Part shown: positions 1 to 10,139 of the stretch, one piece after another
How the letters are laid out: each line of letters begins with the position of its first letter
How positions within the stretch are numbered: the first letter of the stretch is position 1
NCBI GenBank assembly: GCA_043228905.1
Contig: JBHGNT010000012.1
Coordinates: forward strand, 20,026,001 to 20,090,000
DNA length: 64,000 nucleotides
Direction of reading: 5' to 3'
Source: Azolla caroliniana
Lineage: Eukaryota; Plantae; Polypodiophyta
Notes under the pieces: generated by a model
Database searches by the model: none
The model's input: the letters and a program-made list of their open reading frames with translations, nothing else
What the model was told of the DNA's origin: nothing
Position numbers and translations under genes: made by a program

Positions 1-284
1 CAACCTCTCTCCAAAGTCCTGTACCATAAGCCACCATATCCATTTTTATTAACTGAGACCCCTTGTATGGGTCATCACAAACCAACCTCTATCCACTATA
101 TATTCCCGATGACCAACCAATACAAACCAACCAATACTTTGCAGCAGCCAAGATGGCTAGTAGATCGCTATGGACTTCTGGACAAGCATATGTGTAACTA
201 TATCATAAAATTCAGGCTAGAGATAGGTCACTATGTAGAATGACTGAAAGCAGCAGGAGATAGGAAAGCTAGTATGTTGGTTTG

Positions 285-1176
285 TACCTCAAGAACTCAA
301 AAATAATTTGGAAATGAGGTATTAGTTCACTATTCTCCATATGTGCAAAAACTCAATTGAACGAAGACAATGTGGCATCTTCAGACAACCAGCTGTCATC
401 AAGACTCCGCGTGTTTTTTTTTTGTTTGAACATATGATTCCGCATATTCCAATTGAACCATAGCCCCCAATACCTCAAGAACTCAAAAATAATTTGGAAA
501 TGAGGTATTGGTTCACTATTCTCCATATGTGCAAAAACTCAATTGAATGAAGACAATGTGGTATCTTCAGACAACCAGCTGTCATCAAGACTCAGTGCGT
601 TTTTTTTTGTTTGAACATATGATTCCGCATATTCCTATTGAACCATAGCCCTCAATACCTCAAGAACTCAAAAATAATTTGGAAATGAGGCATTGGTTCA
701 CTATTCTCCATATGTGCAAAAACTCAATTGAACGAAGACAATGTGGCGGCATCTTCAGACAACCAGCTGTCATCAAGACTCAGCGTGTGTTTTTTTGTTT
801 GAACATATGATTCCACATATTCCTATTGAACCATAGCCCTCAATACCTCAAGAACTCAAAAATAATTTGGAAATGAGGCATTGGTTCACTATTCTCCATA
901 TGTGCAAAAACTCAATTGAACGAAGACAATGTGGCGGCATCTTCAGACAACCAGCTGTCATCAAGACTCAGCATGTTTTTTTTGTTTGAACATATGATTC
1001 CGCATATTCCTAATGAACCATAGCCCTCAATCAAGAACTCAAAAATAATTTGGAAATGAGTCATTGTTTCACTATTCTCCATATGTGCAAAAACTCAATT
1101 GAACGAAGACAATGTGGCATCTTCAGACAACCACCTGTGATCAAGACTCACCGTGTTTTTTTTTTTGTTTGAACAT
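285..1176. repeat. Tandem repeat, ~186-bp unit x ~5, in intron 1 of the TFIIIC-subunit-like gene
   Basis: Units start TACCTCAAGAACTCAAAAATAATTTGGAAATGAG at ~285, 471, 656, 844 and 1031; copies are nearly identical. Confidence 0.95.
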
Positions 1177-1264
1177 AAGTACATGAAGCCCAAATTCCCT
1201 AATTGTAAGAGGAAACGTAAGGACTACGTATACTGGAGAGAAAGAAAGAAAATGGAAATCTTAC

Positions 1265-1666
1265 CAAGATAGTGATGAGTTGAGAGGTAGCCACAGCGAT
1301 GAGGTTGTCCTCCGACCACTTGATGGCGTTAGGGTAAGAAGCAGCACCGACGAGATGAGCAGAGAAAGCAGCGAGGGGACCTCCGGCGTCATCGTCTTCT
1401 TCTTCCACGGTCCGGTCTTCCTTCAAAGAAACGCGAAGTTCTCCTTCGCCGTCCACCTCGTCCTCTTCTTCTTCCTCTTTTTCTTCTTCATCTGCAACTG
1501 CATCTGCATCTCCATCTGCATATCCTTCTGCCTCTTCTTCTTCATCGTTTTCTTCTTCTTCGGCCCGCGCGCAAAAGCTATCAATTCCGGGTCCGCCATG
1601 GCCGCGTCTGCGTCTGCGGCTGCGGCTGCTCTCGCTTTCGTCTGATTGTCGACGCTTTGGCGCCAT
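1265..1666 (-). CDS. First coding exon of a TFIIIC 90-kDa subunit (GTF3C4/Tfc8-like, TFIIIC_delta N-terminal WD40) gene; the gene continues off the left edge
   Basis: ATG at 1666, then a basic NLS-like stretch and an acidic stretch, then AHLVGAASYPNAIKWSEDNLIAVATSQLITIL, which matches the remembered plant TFIIIC-delta N-terminal motif (SYPNAVAWSSENLIAVA). GT donor (TTG|GTAAG) at 1264-1263. Confidence 0.75.
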
Positions 1667-1674
1667 GGAAGCTC

Positions 1675-1675
1675 G

Positions 1676-1751
<76 letters not shown>

Positions 1752-1778
1752 GTCTCTCTCTGTCTCTCTCTGTCTCTC
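1675..1778. repeat. (CT)n/(CTGT)n microsatellite in the 5' leader/promoter of the TFIIIC-like gene
   Basis: Seen directly; reads GA-rich on the sense strand. Confidence 0.95.
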
Positions 1779-1785
1779 GTTCCAC

Positions 1786-1806
1786 AGGTCGCAGGTTCGA
1801 ATCCTG
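1786..1806 (+). promoter_or_regulatory. Isolated Pol III B-box / tRNA T-arm fragment (AGGTCGCAGGTTCGAATCCTG)
   Basis: Exact GGTTCGAATCC at 1794-1804, with CAGG/CCTG stem and an AGGTC variable-loop-like lead-in. No A-box is visible upstream. Confidence 0.6.
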
Positions 1807-3049
1807 AATGTGTACACTACTAATACTTGTGTGTCTCTTTAGTTAAAGAGTTAAATTTAGGAATCCTCCTCCATATCAAATTGGCCCCCCTTCTTCATCT
1901 TTTTTATCACTGTTTTTAGAGCTTCTTCCTCCTGTAGACCTACCCTATATTTGACCTCCCGAAGACGATAATAAAATCTACCTATCCATGCATTGGCCCA
2001 CACCATGTGCCAATCAATCCTTCCGCTCTTCGTTCAGGCGACGAAAAGTAAACGTTTCCCAAACGGGCGAGAACCCGTCTCGGTTGCTCCTGCCCACTCG
2101 TGCCACGACTCCGAACATGTGGGCATTGGTGTGTGGAATTGCTCGATCTTATTGACTAGCATAACCATGGATTTTGAGTGTTTGAGCATGAAGTACGAGG
2201 AAAGGCACATGTGCATTTCCCCAATGTGCATGATTCTAATGTTTAACACGATTGTGGGTCCAAGACATGTATGAGGATAGTCATCGATTAGGTTGAACCT
2301 AATATTGGGATGACATCTACAATGACAATGCTCCTAATTTGTTGATGTTTATGCTTGGAAGAACTCGAACAGAAGGTCATTTTAACATTATAGCTCATTG
2401 AACCTAAAGTCTACTCACATCTTGAGTTCCTTAACTTAGTTCTTTTTGTCCTTTCATCTCGTTGGACTCCAATTATCCCATTTTTTACATCACCGTCGAG
2501 TGTTTCGTGTTCTATAGTTAAAGTGCAACATGTGCTTTTCAATTAACGATAAGAGGATGGAAGTTGCATTCGTCAAAGCTTGACATTTTGAAGACTAACG
2601 TGTGCCTAAATTTAGGTTGAGTTAACTAGAAGACCACATAGAAGGTGTGCAAGTTCATATTCAATGCTCAAAGAATAACGCGTATTTGTTTATGTCTAAT
2701 TAATCGAGTTGTGTGTACTCAAGTTTGATACTAAAACGAAAACTCTTATTTAAATTTTAGATATAGGTCCTCTATATGTTTAGCTTTAGAAGAATACAAT
2801 GTAGAAGTTGGATGCTTTCAATTTCAATATTCAAAGATACTTGCGTGTTCAAACATTAATGTTTAAAGACTATTAGATGTTTAGATTGACAAGCGGAGGA
2901 TATCAATGATGTGTGTTGTTTGAGTCCAATATTTGAAAAATAATTAATGTCTAGCTTTAGATTAAGTTAATTTACTCATTAACAATCAAGTTTGATGCTT
3001 GAAGAGTAACACATGTTACATGTACTTCAAGGGTAATAATTTCCCAAAT

Positions 3050-3733
3050 GAAGGTCGCAGCCGAACAAGAGCCCAAGCACTCTGCAGAAGTGGCTCGTGA
3101 CCCACGATGGCTGAAAGCAATTGACCCAAGCCTTCGTCACAGGCTTGAGGGGGAGGAATCGAAAGAACCGAAATTGCCACGACGCAGAAGCTAACACCGA
3201 AAGTCACACAGAAGCCGACATTGAAAGCAGGACAATGCCGAAAGCAAACCAGATGTTGGACGCCTCACACTTGAGCTTGAGGGGGCGTGTTGAGAGATCA
3301 AGCTCAACGTAGTTTAGTTAGTTAGTCAACCATGTAACTTCGTAGTTACTTAGATAGAATCTAGTTAGAAGTGTTGACTATAACGCCTTAAATAAGACCT
3401 TTTACTTAAGTGGGATATTCTAGATCCTCCACTCCTAAGTACATTTAATATAAGAGTCAAGACTTACACCTTTGTACCTATATTCTCCTTACACATGTGC
3501 ACCCTTGCACATGAGATCTATATATACCTCATTATAGGTATTTTTGTATTTGATGATGATGTTGCTAATTTAATATAGAGTTTATCATCCCCCATCTTGT
3601 GTTCTTCATAAGTGTATCTCCCTCTCCCTCTCCCTCTCACACACATACACACACATATCACATAATCTTCCGCTTAGCTTAATCACATAATTAGGTACTA
3701 ATTAACCCTTGTTTAATTACCTATTTCTTAACA
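3050..3733 (+). mobile_element. Truncated Ty1/Copia 3' remnant with PPT and 3' LTR (LTR 3288-3733)
   Basis: EPKHSAEVARDPRWLKAI (pre-RT-like) and ...HLSLRGR (RNase H C-terminus-like); PPT GAGGGGGCG immediately before TGTTGAG...TTAACA. Confidence 0.7.
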
Positions 3734-4262
3734 GACCAAGTTGCATAGTTGTGTATGTCAAGCTTCTCTATCGGAAGCGAACTTGCCATACTTCTGTCCA
3801 TCTTTCGTTCTTTACCGGATGTTAGGGTTTGTCTTCAGTAATCGCTTATCGGCTGCAGAGGTTCTCAGCCCTCGCACTCTAATACCATGTGAAAGTAAAC
3901 ACGTGGAAGCTTATGACAAACTGGTTCCACTGGATAACAACAGAGAGAGTGCATGTTTAATGGAAACCTTGCAAGACGCAGAGAGAGAGAGAGAGAGTAG
4001 AACCAAAAAACTAAATTCAAGATAATAACACTCTGTACATACAATGTGCTCAGTGAGGACTTTTATACAAGTCCTTAAAAGGACTGATAGAAGTACTGAC
4101 AAGTACTTCAATGCTCATAGGAGCGACTGACAAGTACTTCAATGCCCACGTACTAGGCTATATTCGTAGGCCTCTAATGGCCTACCAGTTACAATCGGGT
4201 CCGTCTCTCTGATCCGGCTCTTGGTTTTGGATACCGATCTGGTTGAGCTTGTCCGCTCAACA
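3734..4262 (-). mobile_element. Ty1/Copia 5' remnant: LTR (4262-3888), tRNA-Met PBS, gag N-terminus
   Basis: Minus strand reads TGTTGAGCGG...CTTTCACA, then TGGTATTAGAG (PBS, 3887-3877), then MDRSMASSLPIEKLDIHNYATWS (Copia gag N-terminal motif), cut at 3734. Confidence 0.75.
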
Positions 4263-4759
4263 CTTGGCCGAAAAGGTATTGGTGCATCTTGTATTCCCAA
4301 GATGCAAAGTTCGATCTATTGAGTTTCTCGATAGGAAAAGCGCTTCCCATCTGAGTGTTTATGGTGTCATTTTCTTCTTTGTTGTTGAACCTGTTTTGTT
4401 TTACTGTCAGTGTGTGACACAACACTGTTGCACGAGTTTTGATTAGATTACCACACACTTTGATACCATGTAAAGGAATGGATAGTGTAGATGATCTTGT
4501 GCAGCGGAATAAAATTGTGTGTGTGTGTGTGTGTGTAAGACAGAGAGAGAAAGAGAGAGTTTAGATTGACAAAGAACAAGAAGCTATATTAGCAAAACTT
4601 GAAAGTACATCCAACAATTACTTGGTTACAAAAGAGTTGGTTTAAATACCAACTAACTTAGGGCAACTGCCATTTCTACTATTTACAAAACTAGCCTAAA
4701 CCTAGAGTGTCCATTTGTGAAAGTCATTCCATTGGGGAAGTTGGGTTCGACTCTCAACA
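4263..4759 (-). mobile_element. Ty1/Copia 5' remnant: LTR (4759-4469), tRNA-Met PBS, gag N-terminus
   Basis: Minus strand reads TGTTGAGAGTCG...CTTTACA, then TGGTATCAAAG, then MGSAFPIEKLNRSNFASWEYKMHQYL. The LTR is clearly similar to the LTR at 45284-45587. Confidence 0.8.
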
Positions 4760-7700
4760 ATTATAAATCTTTCCTTAGTATGTTAATGTTTTCATATATA
4801 CAATTTACATTTCTATGGTTGTCCCCTTTCCCTCCTTTTTCTATTCTTAACCTTTGGCCACATCACAACAACGTAGGCATCAATGAAACACTAAAAAAAA
4901 GGGGCTAAATGGCTACCCAATGTGAAAGAGACCAAACTTCCTTGTAAAAGCTATAAAAGTAACTTTTGGTGAATTTTGTAGTGCATCCCTTTTGAGTTTT
5001 CTCTCCTCGTATAACCTAAACTTGAGCTCTCTCTTCTCACACCTTAGTCTTTCACTTGAGTGAGTAGATTTAAGCGCTAATTGGTTATACCTTAATCACT
5101 CCTCTGTTTTTATGTGTTTGTCAACTCGCATATTAATTGAGACAAGGTCACCATTAACACATATATTGTCTGTCTTACTTATATGTGTGTATGTATACTT
5201 TTTAAACTTTTATTAAGACTTTATTAACATGAGTAAGTGTGAGTGAGATTTCATGAGAATAGGGTTATGACTAGAGGCTCAAGAGTGATTGATTGGTGAC
5301 CACTCTTGTCCAGTTCACTACCAGTAGTGTATATGGCAATCCTAATCCTTTGGCTCACAACATCAACTTGGAATAGAAAATAGAGAAAAGATAGAGAAAG
5401 AGGACAAATACAGAATGTGTATGTATCAATATGAAAACAATTACTGAGGTCCTCCACACATAAATATGACAACACTTACCTGTAGCATAAATAAAGGGGA
5501 AAAAGCTCAAAATGACATAAGGTGCAAGTTATGCAAGTTGAAAACTGTGGAGATAACACACTTGACTACTTTATGTGAATTGGTAAAGTGATAACACACT
5601 CAAAGATATCCCACACTCTAGATTTGAAAATTACAATTCATACCCTTGTTCTATTCGTAATTATCCCACAAGTACTCACCATAAGATTATGAAAAACTAT
5701 GGAAAACCTATCTCATGATCAGTTATGTCTTATGAAGAAGCATATGCACACGCCCTTCAACTCTAGACACATCACCCACCCCATCTTGACACTTCTCTAG
5801 CTCCCGGTTGGGAGGACTATTTGCTACCATGATGCCTATCTATTGCCACCATTGCATCACCACATTACTTCCCATGTTGCACCCCACACATTCTGATACC
5901 CTCTGAGGGCCCAATCTTCCCCCAATGAATCTCCCTTCACACACACCACATCACGATACCGCAATAAAATTGCATTCATTATGCTCATCCATTGTGTATC
6001 TCGTGGACAATACATCATGAATGATACATAATGGTCACCATATGTATCTCATTGATTATAAAGTATGTTTTTGACAGTGGTATTCAAGTCCAATTGTCAA
6101 TAAATGAGGACACAATCAAGAGAGGTAAGGTCTATTATCAGGAGAAGGAGATTTTATATAGGTTCCTCTCTTATTCAAGTATTACCTACTTAGCTAAACG
6201 AGTCATCTCAATAATGCTAAAATATCAAACGCTTAAGAGTCATACATGACTACCAAAAAATCAAGCAACAAAATGTTCAATTTAAGTGAAGAGGGGAACA
6301 TTATATTATTGCATGGTAACAACACATTAAATTTTATCTTTGTTGTCGTCATGTTTGTTACAAATATTTATATCAAGGTTCTTGTTGCCTAGGGCGGCAT
6401 GTAACGGTCATTTGCCCTATGATAGTAAATGATCATCCTCTAATAAATATCATGTGACACATAATTAGGTCCTTGCATTGAGCTTATGTTTGGGTACTTT
6501 TTTTGTTTATAATTATTTACCAAGTTTTATGTCCCTAGTGGGAAAGCCAACAATAGTTAGTCCATAATAAACAAATTATCACATTATTAAGTCTTACATT
6601 TGATTGATTTCTTATTTGTGCTATATAATCATATGTAAATATTTAACCAAATGAAAGGATTAGCACCAAGAAAAATGTAAATTAAACTCTATTATATGCT
6701 ACTTAACAACGGTGTTTAAATCAAATGGAAACGACAAGTGGTACATTGAACAAAAAGGGCACATAGTAGATCACAAAATAATACCTTGCATAACACGTTT
6801 GAGTAATTTTTCGCTTCATCTTCCTTGCATGATTTTCATGCATTTAACAAGCATACAATTGTATACAATTGTCAAGTGGATTTGTGTACAATATATCCTT
6901 TCTTTTTCCTTTGATTTCCGTACATCACATGAACAACATTGGTAATATCTTACAATGTTGTGAAATATAGTAATATCCAACATTCTTTATGATTGCATGA
7001 AGAATTGAATGTGTTTGGCTAATGCATTATGTAAATTCTTCTTTTCGTATTTACACAATGCACCTTTTGTAGAGAGGAAATATCGTCCTATCAACTTTTG
7101 ATCACCTCTTTATACGGCGTATAGATGTGCACCTTTTGAGACAAGGCAAATTAACGAAAGGTTTTCTAACCTTATTATGTTTTACAACATGAGCTTTTGA
7201 TATTGTTTCAAATTGATTCACGGGCTTAGAGAATGACAAAAGGAATGATTCGATGTAACTCAATTGGTAGCCTTTAGTGAAGAAAAGTAGGAGTTCCTAC
7301 ATCTGTGTCAGTGCACTTCTTACATCATAATTGAGAAAACTTGTCAAATGGCAAGCGCCAAATATTGTTTTGCCAAATAAGAATAGTGTTGTGGGAACTT
7401 TATGAAAGAAAGCCACGATTTTCATGGCAAAAACTTTGACAATTTAGATTATGCGAAAGAAACAAATACATTGAATTTATTTAAAATTACCATGCACATT
7501 TGTGAAGGACTTCAATTTCAATTTAATAATTTTACTTGATTGGATAGGATGGTTCACATGGCAAGAGTCCACTTAAAGTAGTGTCCTTTATATCTTCATG
7601 CTTTTGGCATTATTCATGGAAAAAGAACCACTCGAGTGTATCCAATGTTTGCCACCATGTTGTTATTTCCTAAAAAGCGCTCTTTAAACCTGTAAACTTT

Positions 7701-8596
7701 TAGATATGCGGGGAATACAAAATATTTTGTAGATAGAAAATCAATGGATTGTCGTATCTATAATGAAGGGCTTCTAAATTGATTGTGCATGGGGATATGA
7801 CATTTTGTATGAAACACATGGCATGCTCTCATAATCAACGTAATTTCAATTATAGTAGCTTACGGATAGATCTAACTAATTAGATACAAGGAATGACTCA
7901 TATGTGTGAGTGAACAACTAATCACTTGTAATAGTAATAGATATAAATGACTCTTTAAGTGCATCACTTCATACATGTAAATAGAGTTAACCTAGCCACA
8001 ATTCTTAATACAAATGCATTCACTACTAACATTCGTTGGGTGTGTATCATATTGATAGATTGAATGATTAGTTGAGTATATACCTATATAGAACAAGAGA
8101 TTGTAGAATGGTTGTGGCCATGGCCAAGGACAAGGTTATGGATGGAGAGGAGAATATATATGTGGTGTGTCACATAATTTAATGATCGAGGTAGCACACA
8201 TATATCTATAAGTAGTTGTGTTGTCGCTAAAGCAAGAATTCCAATTGATGAATAAGGCTACTTGATTGAAAAGTAAAAAAGCAACCTAAAATGTTTGGTT
8301 GGTAGTTTAAGAAGGTACAACATTGATTGGCGTTTATTGCTCGGCTTGCCAAAAGGGTAAAAGTTAATTAGCTCTAGCACACAATCTACTTGTAACATCA
8401 ACACCCCCAAAGTAGATAGGAATTCATGAATGAATGGCATTACTACCAATTTGGGGAAATAAGGTGAAGTGCAAAAGAACACTAATGGAATACCTATGTG
8501 CAAAGCTTAGCAAGTTGCAAATGAAAAACTAAGCTCCATCTATAGATTTATCCTTCCATAACACATGGTCAAATGAAGATGTGCATTAATGCTTTG

Positions 8597-8850
8597 AAAC
8601 ATTATAACGAACATTAAATAGTAGACAAATAGAAAAGGCTTCATAAAACATCACCATCATCCTATGCATGCATATATGATCATGACATGCGAACAACGTA
8701 ACACAATGTTGTTAAACTATCATAATAAACATTATAACGAACATTAAATAGTAGATAAATAGAAAATGGTCCATAAAACATCATCGTCATCCTAGGTGTG
8801 CATATACGATCATGACCTGCGAACAACGTAACACGAGGTTGTTAAACTAT
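8597..8850. repeat. Direct duplication, ~130-bp unit x2
   Basis: AAACATTATAACGAACATTAAATAGTAGA...GAACAACGTAACAC...GTTAAACTAT occurs at ~8597 and ~8727. Confidence 0.85.
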
Positions 8851-9249
8851 GCATACAATTTGCCAATAGGAATATGTGAACGAAATCTAGCCACTTTCTT
8901 GACGAAGGGAAAAACGGGGTGGGCATGCCACAAAACTAGAATGCTTAAATATAGAGTTTGTGAATTTACGGACATCTTACTTATGATTTTACTCCTTGAT
9001 GAATGATGCATCCAATGGTGTATAAAGAACAAGTTTCCGTATCAACAAAAAATACATGATAATTCTAGTACATTTATCACATATAGGACCTAAAGTCATG
9101 TGTTTGAGATTGTTTAATGTTAAAAATCACGGTCGGTCTTACTCCTCGAAGTTGGGGGGGGGGGGGGGTTTCAAAGCCTCACATGAATTCATCTTATCGA
9201 TAAGTGGTACCATTCATTATCGGAGGAGACATACACTACATAAAGAAAA

Positions 9250-9900
9250 AGAAGAAGTAAAGGAGGGGTATCAATTGAGAATAATGAAAAGCAAAGGTTA
9301 GAGGGAGAGAAGAGGTATGTTCTTTTTTCTTTTTAAACAAGGAGGGGTATCGGTTGAGAATAATGAAAAGCAAAAGAAGAGGTATTATTATTATTATTAT
9401 TGGCAAGGGTGGGGGGTGTTAGAGGGGTAACTGAGGAGATAAAGGAAAACGAAGGAGGGGCATAAGTTGAGAATAATGAAAAGCAAAAATCCAGAAGGGA
9501 GAGAAGAGGTATTTGCTTTTTTGCCTTCTTTTTTTTTTTTAGGTGGGGGGAGGGGGGTATTTGAAGAGATAAAGGAAAAGGAAGGAGGGGGTATCAATTG
9601 AGAATAATGAAAAGCAAAAACCTCAAGAGGGAGATATAAAGGAAAAGATAAAGGAAAAGGAAGGAGGGGTATCAATTGAGAATAAAGGAAAGCAAAAACC
9701 TCAATGAGGGAGAGAAGAGGTTTTTGCTTTTTTTTGCTTCCCTTTTTATTTTGTTGGGGAGGGGGCTGGATAGAGGGGGGTAACTGAGGAGATAAAGGAA
9801 AAGTAAGGAGGGGTATCAATTGAAAATAATGAAAAGCAAAACCTTCAATGAGGGAGGGAAGAGGTTTTTGCTTTTTTTGCTTTTTTGCTTTTTTTGGGGA
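9250..9900. repeat. Degenerate purine-rich tandem repeat upstream of CRK
   Basis: About 6 copies of GGAGGGGTATCAATTGAGAATAATGAAAAGCAAA with variable spacers. Confidence 0.85.
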
Positions 9901-10139
9901 GTTTTGATTTCCTGCACGTATATATATGTAGGTATATGTATATGCTGCATTGCTGTAGCTCGTTTTCAAAAGCTTCAAATTCTTTTCTCAGAGAGTGAGA
10001 CACACACTCTCTCTGTCTCTGTCTCTGTCTCTCTCTGTCTCTCTCACGCACAAACAAATGGAATGGAATGATTCTCTCTCTCGCTTGGCTCAATAGCTAT
10101 GGATCTTCTCATCACATAGATCCTCACTGTATTCACTCA

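Noticed and set aside
285-1176. CRISPR-like array
   Set aside because: Whole units are repeated with no unique spacers, the context is a eukaryotic intron, and there are no cas genes.
1786-1806. Complete tRNA gene
   Set aside because: Only the variable loop and T-arm are present; there is no D-arm, anticodon arm or acceptor stem.
1280-1842. Overlapping ORFs 1280-1645, 1423-1785, 1581-1817 and 1657-1842
   Set aside because: These are antisense or alternative-frame shadows of the acidic exon and translations of the microsatellite.
6900-7800. Possible decayed DNA-transposase sequence
   Set aside because: No recognisable motif survives in a consistent frame.
9397-9978. 193-aa ORF on the minus strand
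   Set aside because: It is a translation of the degenerate tandem repeat, with no domain features.
10068-10139. Upstream in-frame ATG as the CRK start
   Set aside because: MGxC at 10140 matches the conserved myristoylated CRK N-terminus, so the extension is probably leader.
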